From contig JACPHC010000002.1 in assembly GCA_016188775.1 (NCBI GenBank), positions 1-60,124 on the forward strand: DNA of 60,124 nt. Direction: 5' to 3'. Origin of the DNA: Parcubacteria group bacterium. Lineage in GTDB: Bacteria; Patescibacteriota; Minisyncoccia; JACPHC01. The notes beneath the pieces were generated by a model. It saw only the letters and a program-made list of their open reading frames with translations. It did no database searches and was not told the origin of the DNA. The number at the start of each line of letters is the position of its first letter. The first letter of the stretch is position 1. The position numbers and the translations under genes are program-made. Positions 9,719-18,363 of this stretch are shown piece after piece.

Positions 9719-10213
9719 ATGAAATTAAACGAAGAACAAAAACCAATAAAGGTCGGGTACGACTTGGACATCGAAGAAGATCGAAAGGCTATTCGCGAAT
9801 TTGAGGCCCAGCTCGAACAACTGAAAAAAGAACCGCTGGAAAAACCAATTAGCTTTTACGGGGAGCCGGTGCCAGTTATAAAATCATCTAAGTTCGGCTC
9901 GCGAGAATTTCCCGAAAGCCGTGACCCGCGTCGAGTTCGTAACGATGTTACAGGACTCATTGATGCCGGCATCGTTCAATATTTACTCAAGCTCAAAGCG
10001 ATATCCCGTCGCTGGGTTAAACCCGAGCATCCGGGCTGGAGCTGGGCGGTAGGCCCTGACTTAAAACTTTATGAGGAATTCCGGCAGAAAGAATCGGCAC
10101 TTGGTGATCTGAAATACCGGCGCCAGATTGCCAAGGAAAAAGAACAGGAGTCGCTTGATGCACTGATTGAAAGTAAAGAGGAGCTCTCAAAATCAATGGG
10201 GATGCCGAGATAA
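9719..10213 (+). CDS. Hypothetical protein
   Basis: 164-aa ORF tightly packed with its neighbours. No motif recognised. Confidence 0.45.
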   Translation: MKLNEEQKPIKVGYDLDIEEDRKAIREFEAQLEQLKKEPLEKPISFYGEPVPVIKSSKFGSREFPESRDPRRVRNDVTGLIDAGIVQYLLKLKAISRRWVKPEHPGWSWAVGPDLKLYEEFRQKESALGDLKYRRQIAKEKEQESLDALIESKEELSKSMGMPR

Positions 10214-10236
10214 AATTTCTACTTAGCACAACTTTT

Positions 10237-10716
10237 ATGGCTCAAATTAAGCACTTAACCGAATACCATAGACGAGCAATAGAGATGAAATATAAAGGCG
10301 TTTCGTATCAGGATATTGCCGAAAGATTAAACGAATACGCCTCGAAAAGTAGAATCTCTCGTAAATTTACGATGCAAACAATCAAGGATTGGTTTAAGGA
10401 AAGCGGCGCTCTTGCCGAAGCATATCGTCTTTATGAGCAGGAAATGGATGGAATTCATCGAGAAACACTGGAAGTTATCAAAAAAGCCGGTGCGAGGGTC
10501 CGCGAGGAAAACTTTCGGCTGGCCAACGAAATGCTCGTAGCTCTTATGGGTAGCCAAAACGACAATGTGAAGCTTGGCGCCATAAAAGAGTTGCTTGATC
10601 GCGTCGAGGGTCAACCGAAGCAATTTCTGGATATTAAGAAAACCGAGGTCGGATTGGATTTGCTCAAACATGAACACCGTCTTGAAAAAGTCAGAGGGAA
10701 ACAAGCTGGCCGATGA
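10237..10716 (+). CDS. Terminase small-subunit-like HTH protein
   Basis: N-terminal HTH (GVSYQDIAERL). It sits immediately upstream of, and overlaps, the large terminase gene. Confidence 0.4.
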   Translation: MAQIKHLTEYHRRAIEMKYKGVSYQDIAERLNEYASKSRISRKFTMQTIKDWFKESGALAEAYRLYEQEMDGIHRETLEVIKKAGARVREENFRLANEMLVALMGSQNDNVKLGAIKELLDRVEGQPKQFLDIKKTEVGLDLLKHEHRLEKVRGKQAGR

Positions 10717-12292
10717 GCTGGTGGAAATTGATCGCGAATATGATCGAGAACCGCGAGATTTTATTGAAGAGCATCTTTACATCAAAACCAAAGACCAACT
10801 TGTTATTCCTCTTTCACTCAATCATGCCCAAAAGCTCATCTACAAAAAGATTCAGGAATCGAGGTCGAGTAAAAAGCCCATCAGGATCATTATCCTTAAA
10901 GCCCGGCAAGAAGGAGTTTCCACTTTATGCGAAGCATTAATCTTCGAACGAACCGGCCGATGGCCGAATACCAACTCGCTCATCGTTGCCCACGAACCAG
11001 AATCAACCGAAGCCATCTTTGCCATGTCCAAGCTTTTCTACGACATGCTCGAACCGGCATATAAACCTATGAGAAGATACGACAATAAAAAACAAATGAT
11101 TTTTGAGAATCCCGATGATAAAACCCGGGCAATTGATCCCGGCATGCGTTCACGAATGGTTATCGCCACTGCCGGTAAAGTAAAAGTCGGTCGCGGTCTT
11201 ACGCTCCATTGCTTTCACGGGTCCGAAGTGGCTTTCTGGAAGCAAGGAAAAGAATTGATGATCTCGGTGTTTCAAGCCATTCCCGACAATCCGAATACGA
11301 TGGTCTTTCTCGAATCCACGGCCAATGGCTTAAGCGGCGATGGCGAATATTTCTACAACATCGTTCAAGACGCTATTGCCGGTAGAAATGATTTCATGCT
11401 GGTTTTTCTGCCGTGGCATTTGATGCCAGAATACAGTTCGTCATTTTTATCCGAAGAAGAAAAAGATAAATTTGCCGAGACACTGGATATTTATGAGCGA
11501 GACAATCGGGCGCGGTTTAATCTCACGCTGGAGCAACTCAACTGGCGCAGATGGGCGATCAAAAACAAATGCGGAGGAGACATTGAAAAATTTAAGCAGG
11601 AATATCCGATTACGATTGAAGAGGCGTTTATTGCTTCTTCAAATACGGTCATTCCCAAAGAGCTTATTGAATCGCAACGAAAATACATCCGACAACCGGT
11701 GCAGGAATTGGATGGAGTTATTTTCTACGAGCATATGAAGTCGGATCATTACTACAGCTTGGGAGCCGATCCGGCCGAGGGCATTGGCCAAGACGACTCC
11801 GCACTTACGGTCATAGACAGAATGACCGGCCGGGAAGTCGCTCATTTTGCAAGCAACCAAATACCACCAGATCTTTTTGCGCGAAAGATTATGAAAACCG
11901 CCGAATATTTCAACAACGCGCTCGTAGTGCTTGAAATCAATAATCACGGACTTGCGGTGCTTAACGAGTTAAGTCGGCTGGGCTACATGATGATCTTTCG
12001 CCAGCGCTACTACGACAAAATTTCAAAAGAATGGACGCGAAGGCTCGGCTGGAAAACAACCAAAACAAGTAAGCCGTTCATGGTTGATGAATTTATTCGG
12101 GCACTGCGAGAGGAAGAGGTCGGATTATCCACCGCGGCGACCGTCGGTCAGATGTTTGCCTTTGTACATACCAGCGAACCGAATCGGCACAGCATGGGAG
12201 CGGAAACCGGCCAAAGAGACGACCGACTCATATCGGCCATGCTGGCGTGGCAGGGTCTGCAAGATTTGCCAGCCAAATTCATCCGTTGGTAG
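10670..12292 (+). CDS. terL: Phage terminase large subunit
   Basis: Walker A-like ILKARQEGVST and Walker B-like LHCFHGSEVAFW. RNaseH-like nuclease half: GADPAEGIGQDDSALTV...VLEINNHG. Start chosen at MNTVLKK; the ORF track starts at 10595. Confidence 0.75.
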   Translation: MNTVLKKSEGNKLADELVEIDREYDREPRDFIEEHLYIKTKDQLVIPLSLNHAQKLIYKKIQESRSSKKPIRIIILKARQEGVSTLCEALIFERTGRWPNTNSLIVAHEPESTEAIFAMSKLFYDMLEPAYKPMRRYDNKKQMIFENPDDKTRAIDPGMRSRMVIATAGKVKVGRGLTLHCFHGSEVAFWKQGKELMISVFQAIPDNPNTMVFLESTANGLSGDGEYFYNIVQDAIAGRNDFMLVFLPWHLMPEYSSSFLSEEEKDKFAETLDIYERDNRARFNLTLEQLNWRRWAIKNKCGGDIEKFKQEYPITIEEAFIASSNTVIPKELIESQRKYIRQPVQELDGVIFYEHMKSDHYYSLGADPAEGIGQDDSALTVIDRMTGREVAHFASNQIPPDLFARKIMKTAEYFNNALVVLEINNHGLAVLNELSRLGYMMIFRQRYYDKISKEWTRRLGWKTTKTSKPFMVDEFIRALREEEVGLSTAATVGQMFAFVHTSEPNRHSMGAETGQRDDRLISAMLAWQGLQDLPAKFIRW

Positions 12293-12384
12293 CTGTGGGC
12301 AAATCAGCTTGATGAATATCGAGGGTTAGCATAGGGGTTGTCTTGAGACCAAAGGTCGATTTCGAACCAAAAAATTAACCAAAA

Positions 12385-14079
12385 ATGACAATGATAAACA
12401 ATAACGAAATGCCAAAGACCGTGGGATACGCCCGCGTGTCCTCAAAAGACCAAGAGGATACCGGCTACTCCCTGCCAGCCCAAGAAAAATTCCTTCGCGA
12501 CTATGCCGAACGCAACAACTTCGAGCTCACGAAAGTTTTTGCCATCCAAGAATCAGCCGCCGGTAAAATCCAACGAAAAATCTTCGGCGAGATGATGGCG
12601 CATGTGGTAAAAAACAAAATCAACATCATCGTCGTAGAGACCACCGACCGGCTTACCAGAAACTTTGCCGATGTGCCTGTTATTGATAATTGGATACTGG
12701 CCGATGACAATCACAAAATTCATCTGGTAAAAGAAGGATGCACTCTGCACAAAGAATCAAAATCGCATGAGTGGTTTATGTGGCGAGTAAAAGTGGCAAC
12801 GGCCGAATACTATATTCGGCTACTCTCCGAAAATGTGAAAAAGGGACAAAAAGAAAAACTGGCGCAGGGATGGTTGCCAACAAAGCCACCCCTCGGTTAT
12901 AAAACCGACGGCGAAAAGGGACATAAAGTTCATGTGATTGATGAAGAAAAATCACCGCTCATTAAAAAGATGTTCGAGCTCTACGCTTCGGGGCAGTATT
13001 CAACCAAGACGCTCTGCAATGCGATGTATGAAAAAGGCCTGCGCTCGCGTACCGGTCACAAAGTAAGCCATGCCCGAATTCATCAGCTCCTCGGCGATCC
13101 GTTTTATTACGGAATGAATCGCTGGAAAAATCAGATCACCCCGGGTCACCACGAACCGCTTATCAGTAAAGAACTTTTTCAAAAAGTGCAGGATAGATTG
13201 CACAGTTACGGAGCGCCGAGAATGCGAAAGCACAATTCGTTGTTTAAAAGCGTATTCCGCTGTAGTGAATGCGGAGGAACGATTACTTGGGAAATACAAA
13301 AAGGCCATTGGTATGGCCACTGCAATCATTACAAAAACTGCCCGAATTATGATTGGGTAAAGCAAGAGGATATCGATACTCAAGTGGCCAAATCGGTGGT
13401 TGAAGTAAGCCATGAAGATAAACGCATTGAACGGATGCTCTCGTGGGTCCAAGAGGCCCTCAAAGAAAGCCACGCCGGCGAGATCGCCTTCCGTGAAAAA
13501 TCCTCAGCCGAACTTGAGCGAAGATATCAAACGGCCACCCAGAGAATAGATAAACTTTACGATGACAAAATAGACGGCCGGATCAGCCCTGATTTTTATG
13601 ACAAAAAACTCCAGCAATACAAAAAAGAGCAAGAAGAAACGCTGGACAGCTTAAACCGCCATCGCAATGCGAATCTCAAATATTTTGAGATGGGTGTGGC
13701 CGTGCTTCAGATAGCAAAAGAGGCCCGCGACACTTATCTAAAACCCCGGCGAACGGTTGAGCAAAAAAGAACACTGCTGTCATTTCTATTTTCGAACCCG
13801 AAGATAAACGGCAAGAATGTCGAGGTTTCGTACCAAAAAGCCTTCAAACTCATACATGATCGAGTACAACAGGAGCTTTCCGAGCAAAACACCGAAAAAA
13901 GCACTTTCGAACCTGCGAAAAAGCCCGCCAATAAAGAGAAAAGTGCCGCTTTTCGCGACACTCATCCCATCTGGCTCCCCCAATGGGACGATTTCCGAAC
14001 TTTAGGGTGGACTGAACAAATCCCCTATCCTGAGTTTACTATGAAGCAAACTCAAGAACTACTTGGACTGACTCTTTAA
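12385..14079 (+). CDS. Large serine recombinase (integrase)
   Basis: 564 aa. Resolvase catalytic VGYARVSSKDQ, a recombinase domain, the zinc-ribbon CSECGG...CNHYKNC and a coiled-coil tail. Confidence 0.9.
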   Translation: MTMINNNEMPKTVGYARVSSKDQEDTGYSLPAQEKFLRDYAERNNFELTKVFAIQESAAGKIQRKIFGEMMAHVVKNKINIIVVETTDRLTRNFADVPVIDNWILADDNHKIHLVKEGCTLHKESKSHEWFMWRVKVATAEYYIRLLSENVKKGQKEKLAQGWLPTKPPLGYKTDGEKGHKVHVIDEEKSPLIKKMFELYASGQYSTKTLCNAMYEKGLRSRTGHKVSHARIHQLLGDPFYYGMNRWKNQITPGHHEPLISKELFQKVQDRLHSYGAPRMRKHNSLFKSVFRCSECGGTITWEIQKGHWYGHCNHYKNCPNYDWVKQEDIDTQVAKSVVEVSHEDKRIERMLSWVQEALKESHAGEIAFREKSSAELERRYQTATQRIDKLYDDKIDGRISPDFYDKKLQQYKKEQEETLDSLNRHRNANLKYFEMGVAVLQIAKEARDTYLKPRRTVEQKRTLLSFLFSNPKINGKNVEVSYQKAFKLIHDRVQQELSEQNTEKSTFEPAKKPANKEKSAAFRDTHPIWLPQWDDFRTLGWTEQIPYPEFTMKQTQELLGLTL

Positions 14080-14213
14080 TCTACTATCATAAAGACGTTC
14101 ATCGCGGTCGTGAAGTTCGATAAGGCGATCTTTGCGAGTTCTATAACGATAATTTACAACTATCCCTATACAAGACGAGGCAAATATAAGCATGAATAAG
14201 GACAAAGGGATCT

Positions 14214-15350
14214 CTATGCGCCAAATTCTTTACCCACTTCCTCAAGCGTATGACTGATATCGTCAATTAAACCAAAACGCATCTCCAAAATTTTTTGCTC
14301 TCTCGGCGTCAAATCGTTTAAAATCGCCTGAATTTGATTTTTAAGCAAACGTCGGGCGGCCAATTGATCCGGCCTTAAATTTTTCTCATCGGGAATAAAA
14401 TCCGACAAAGTGCTTTCCTCGTCTTCTTCGCCAATCGGCGTTTCCAGCGATAAAGTTTCCTGATTGATTTTCATCAAATAATGAATTTCCTCCGCCGGCA
14501 CGCTCATTTCGGCCGCGATTTCTTCCGGCAAAGGCTCTCTTCCCAAATCTTGCATCAGCCTTCTTTTGACTTGAGTGAATTTGGAGAGCTTTTCCACCAT
14601 ATGAACCGGAATGCGAATAGTGCGGGCCTGATCCGCCAGCGCCCGCGTGATCGCCTGCCTGATCCACCAAGTGGCGTAAGTGGAAAATTTATAACCCTTG
14701 CGGTAGTCGAATTTTTCAACAGCCCGAAAAAGACCGAGATTTCCTTCCTGAATTAAATCAAGCAAAGTCAAATTCGGGCTGCGGCCGATATATTTTTTGG
14801 CGATTGACACCACCAAACGCAAATTGGCCTGCGTCAATTTCTGCCGCGCTTCCTCATCCCCTTTTTCAATGCGCCGCGCGAATTCTTTTTCCTCGTCGGC
14901 GCTGATTAAAGAAAATTTGCCGATTTCCCGCAAATACATTTGCACCGAATCCGGCAAAGGCTCGGCGTAAGCCGGCGCTTTTTTCTTCGGTTTTTCAGCG
15001 GGAATGTTAATTAATTCTTTAGGTTCGCTGATTTCGATATTGGCCTGCTCGAGACGGCTATACAGATTTTCCAAAGCCTCAATGTCATATTCGGCCCGCG
15101 GCATAAAATGCAGGATTTCCGAGTAAGTGACAAAACCGCGCTGGCGGCCCCGATCCAAAATCGCTTTAATTTCTTCTTCGGTGATTTTTTTCGGTTTAAC
15201 GCGTTTTACGGCAGGCCTTCGTTGAACCTTTTTCTTTCTTCCGAAAAAAACTTTTTGAGCTTTAGTCGGCTTCCTATTTTTTTTTATTATTTTTTTTATT
15301 TTGGGAGCCGTTTTTTTCTTTTTTGATTTAGTTTTGATTTTCTTGACCAT
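14214..15350 (-). CDS. rpoD: RNA polymerase sigma-70 factor RpoD, C-terminally truncated (no region 4.2 HTH)
   Basis: Regions 1.2-4.1 are present: [41 protein letters not shown]. The ORF stops at ...[11 protein letters not shown], where VTRERIRQIE.KAL.KLR is expected. Confidence 0.85.
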   Translation of the reverse strand: MVKKIKTKSKKKKTAPKIKKIIKKNRKPTKAQKVFFGRKKKVQRRPAVKRVKPKKITEEEIKAILDRGRQRGFVTYSEILHFMPRAEYDIEALENLYSRLEQANIEISEPKELINIPAEKPKKKAPAYAEPLPDSVQMYLREIGKFSLISADEEKEFARRIEKGDEEARQKLTQANLRLVVSIAKKYIGRSPNLTLLDLIQEGNLGLFRAVEKFDYRKGYKFSTYATWWIRQAITRALADQARTIRIPVHMVEKLSKFTQVKRRLMQDLGREPLPEEIAAEMSVPAEEIHYLMKINQETLSLETPIGEEDEESTLSDFIPDEKNLRPDQLAARRLLKNQIQAILNDLTPREQKILEMRFGLIDDISHTLEEVGKEFGA

Positions 15351-17143
15351 TAAATTAATTCAATTAATTGACTGGAAAATTCATTGAACTGGCGGCTAAA
15401 AATCGCCAAATTCTCTTCATTTTTTTCTTTTTCCGCCTGAATTATTTTTTTGCTCAAATCATTTAAGGTTTGACGAAGGCAATAACCTTTTAATTCTTTT
15501 AGGCATTCGTTTATCTCAATTTCCGGATCGAAATCCGAATTTTCTTCATCGTCCAAAACTAAAAGATGACTGAACTGAGAATAAAGATCCGAATGGTTTG
15601 GCTGATTATTTAATAATTCATCGAGATCTTTTATGTAACTGGCCTGATGAGCGCGCAAAAAATCCGATGAGCGCGCGATTAAGGATTTTTTTTCCGGATA
15701 TTTTAAAAAAAGAGCGACCAATCTTTCAAAAAGAAGATCCTGACGGCTTTTCTTTTCCGTTTTATTCGCGCGGCTGATAAAAGTTTCCCCGATCTCCTCG
15801 GTTTTTTTTGTCTTTTTCAATTCCTCCCGAATATCTTCTTCCCGGACATTGATTTTTTTCGCCAGTTCTCCAATCCAATGAGCCTGAATAATTTTATTGG
15901 GAATAATCTTAATTTCCGGCAAAAGATTTTGAGCAATCTTGGCTTTGTCTTCCGGCGAGCCCGCGTCAAATCTGGCAAAAATATTTTCAAAATAGAACTG
16001 GGTTATTTCCCTGGCTTCTTCAACGGATTTTTTCCAAGCCTCGAAAGATTTTTTAATTAAATCGGCCGGGTCAATTTTTTCGCCGGCGTTTGGCAAACCG
16101 AGAGTAATGATTTTGACGTTAAAACCTCTGGATCGGGCTAAATTCAGGGAACGTTTGGTGGCGCGTTCCCCCGCCTCGTCCATATCAAAAGCGGTTAAAA
16201 GATTATCAGTGTAACGTTTAAGAATCAAGAGGTGATGATCGGTTAAGGCCGTGCCCGAGACAGCCGCGACGTTTTTAAAGCCGGCCTGCCAAACCGCGAT
16301 TAAATCCATATAACCCTCGACTAAAATCGTTGAATTAGCTTTGCGAATTTCCACTTTGGATTTATTAAGGCCGTAAAGAACCTGACTTTTATCGTAAATT
16401 AAAGTCTGCGGACTATTGATATATTTCGCGACAGGTTCGCTTTCCTCCTTCGCTAAAGCTTCGGAGGATTCCGCAAAAATTCGACCGCCAAAAGCAATAA
16501 TTTTTTCGTTAATGTCAAAAATCGGAAACATTATTCGGCCCCGAAAACGATCGTAATGTTTATTTAGCGGCTGGCGGCTGGCGGCTGGCGGCTGGTTTGA
16601 TTTAATAATTAGACCCGTTTTTTCAACATCTTCCAATTTATATCCGATAGCGGATAAATTTTTAATCAAAGAATCCCAATTATTCAAAGCGTATCCCAAG
16701 CGCCATTCTTTAATAGTTTGCGATTTTAGGCCGCGGGAAATTAGGTATTCTTTGGCTTTTTGGCCAGCCGGAGTTTTTTCCAAATTTTCTTGAAAAAATT
16801 TAACCGCGGTTTCATTTATTCCATAAAGCCGATTTTTTTCCGAACTTATTTCTTTATTTTCTTTTTTTAAAATTACGCCGGTTTTTTGCGCCAAAGTTTT
16901 CAGAGCTTCGGGAAAATCAACGCCTTCGATTTCCATTAAAAATCGAAAAACGTCCCCGCCTTTTTGACAGCCGAAACAATGCCATATTTGCCGGGCCGGC
17001 GAGACGTAAAACGAAGGAGTTTTTTCATTGTGAAAAGGGCAAACGGCTTTAAAATTAGTCCCGGCTTTATTCAATCGAATATAGCCCTGAATCAAATCAA
17101 CAATATTGAGCCGAGATTTTATTTCTTCAATTTGGGAAAGCAT
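15350..17143 (-). CDS. dnaG: DNA primase
   Basis: Zinc finger [14 protein letters not shown]...[17 protein letters not shown] motif EGYMD and dnaG-rpoD operon order. Confidence 0.9.
   Translation of the reverse strand: MLSQIEEIKSRLNIVDLIQGYIRLNKAGTNFKAVCPFHNEKTPSFYVSPARQIWHCFGCQKGGDVFRFLMEIEGVDFPEALKTLAQKTGVILKKENKEISSEKNRLYGINETAVKFFQENLEKTPAGQKAKEYLISRGLKSQTIKEWRLGYALNNWDSLIKNLSAIGYKLEDVEKTGLIIKSNQPPAASRQPLNKHYDRFRGRIMFPIFDINEKIIAFGGRIFAESSEALAKEESEPVAKYINSPQTLIYDKSQVLYGLNKSKVEIRKANSTILVEGYMDLIAVWQAGFKNVAAVSGTALTDHHLLILKRYTDNLLTAFDMDEAGERATKRSLNLARSRGFNVKIITLGLPNAGEKIDPADLIKKSFEAWKKSVEEAREITQFYFENIFARFDAGSPEDKAKIAQNLLPEIKIIPNKIIQAHWIGELAKKINVREEDIREELKKTKKTEEIGETFISRANKTEKKSRQDLLFERLVALFLKYPEKKSLIARSSDFLRAHQASYIKDLDELLNNQPNHSDLYSQFSHLLVLDDEENSDFDPEIEINECLKELKGYCLRQTLNDLSKKIIQAEKEKNEENLAIFSRQFNEFSSQLIELI
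16567..16594. repeat. Heptanucleotide tandem repeat (GCGGCTG x4) inside dnaG
   Basis: Read directly from the sequence. It encodes QPPAASRQP in a loop between primase domains. Confidence 0.8.
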
Positions 17144-17153
17144 AAATTAAAAT

Positions 17154-17405
17154 TTATGTATAAATTTCATCCCGTTTGGCAATCTTCAAAATATATATAA
17201 TATCGCCTTTTATATCAAAAATTACTCTATAATCTCCAATTCTGAAACGAAAATTGCCTTCAAGTCGATTAATGAGGTGTTTAGCGAATTTTATCGGATT
17301 TTCCTGTCTTGCATAAAAACGCATCTTTATAACGATGCGTTTTTGAATTGCGCGAGATAATTTTTCCAACTGTTGCGCCGCTTTAGGAGTATAAAAAACT
17401 TTCAT
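17154..17405 (-). CDS. RelE/ParE family toxin
   Basis: 83 aa. ...FRFRIGDYRVIFDIKGDIIYILKIAKRDEIY is the canonical RelE/ParE C-terminal pattern. Confidence 0.8.
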   Translation of the reverse strand: MKVFYTPKAAQQLEKLSRAIQKRIVIKMRFYARQENPIKFAKHLINRLEGNFRFRIGDYRVIFDIKGDIIYILKIAKRDEIYT

Positions 17406-17602
17406 TAAAAGCCGAGTTTTTTAAACAATTTTTCTTGGGGAATTGTCTTTTTTTGACGAATTTCTTTTCGAGCTTCTTGTATGTCCATTAAGTGTTCCAA
17501 ATAAATCCAAAAATTCCGAAAACGCTCATTAATTTGTTTTAAACGAAGATATTCGTCTTTTGAAATAGAAATTTTTTCTCTTATTTTAACGGCGGTATTC
17601 AT
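17405..17602 (-). CDS. Cognate antitoxin (unclassified)
   Basis: 65 aa. Its stop overlaps the toxin start by 1 nt. Confidence 0.5.
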   Translation of the reverse strand: MNTAVKIREKISISKDEYLRLKQINERFRNFWIYLEHLMDIQEARKEIRQKKTIPQEKLFKKLGF

Positions 17603-17626
17603 ATATTCAATATATCAATTAAATAA

Positions 17627-17702
17627 TCAGGAGTCAAAAAATTAATAAAATCACCTTTAAAGGTGATTTTATTATACAAAAAATTAAGAGAAAAACAAAT
17701 TA
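17627..17702. repeat. 76-bp direct repeat, copy 1 (contains hairpin AAAATCACCTTTAAAGGTGATTTT)
   Basis: Identical to 18208-18283; the offset is 581 bp. Confidence 0.9.
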
Positions 17703-17724
17703 TAAGCGACAATCTTTATAAATA

Positions 17725-17994
17725 TTAATACGTTTTAGAGACGCGACGTTTAATTTGATAAATGTAAATTATGTTTTTCTCAAATAATATTTCAAAAATA
17801 ATTCTATAACTTCCAACACGCCGACGCCAAGAATTTTCTTCACCGCCTAATTTAACAATATCGCCAAGATACGGGTTTAATTCCATTTGGTCAATCGCTT
17901 TTTCAATCAATTTTGAATCATTTTTCGGCAAACGTCTGAAATTCTTTTTTGCCGAATCAGTTATTATTATATGCCAATTCTTGTTTAAGTTCAT
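17725..17994 (-). CDS. RelE/ParE family toxin
   Basis: WHIIITDSAKKNFRRLPKND...NSWRRRVGSYRIIFEI...IIYIYQIKRR. Start taken at MNLNKNW. Confidence 0.75.
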   Translation of the reverse strand: MNLNKNWHIIITDSAKKNFRRLPKNDSKLIEKAIDQMELNPYLGDIVKLGGEENSWRRRVGSYRIIFEILFEKNIIYIYQIKRRVSKTY

Positions 17995-18181
17995 GCCAAG
18001 AAATATGTTTGCCTTTTTTAATTTCTTTCCTGCCTCGTTCAATAACTTGCAATTCAGATTTCGTTGATTTAACGATTTTAATTATTTTCTCTAAATCTAA
18101 AAGCTCCTCATATTTTCTGCGAGGAATAAGAATTAAATCTTTTTCTTTTATTAAATTTTTCGGAATAGTAATAGTAGTCAT
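17957..18181 (-). CDS. Cognate antitoxin (unclassified)
   Basis: MTTITIPKNLIKEKDLILIPRRKYEELL.... It is upstream of the toxin and overlaps it. Confidence 0.5.
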   Translation of the reverse strand: MTTITIPKNLIKEKDLILIPRRKYEELLDLEKIIKIVKSTKSELQVIERGRKEIKKGKHISWHELKQELAYNNN

Positions 18182-18207
18182 TATCTTTATTCTACCACAG
18201 TAAATCA

Positions 18208-18283
18208 TCAGGAGTCAAAAAATTAATAAAATCACCTTTAAAGGTGATTTTATTATACAAAAAATTAAGAGAAAAACAAATTA
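18208..18283. repeat. 76-bp direct repeat, copy 2
   Basis: Identical to 17627-17702. Confidence 0.9.
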
Positions 18284-18363
18284 AAGTTTAATTTTCATAG
18301 ATTTTAAATTATCGGACGCGGGACTAATTTTTTTGTATCGCGTTTTATTTGGATTAATTACAA

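Larger units (their letters stand above)
285..14213. mobile_element. Prophage-like/integrative element bounded on the right by a serine recombinase and truncated rpoD
   Basis: Cargo is TA, Type III R-M, replication-like and terminase genes, with the integrase at the right edge. Host genes resume at 14214. The left limit is uncertain because another recombinase tail lies at 3-284. Confidence 0.45.
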
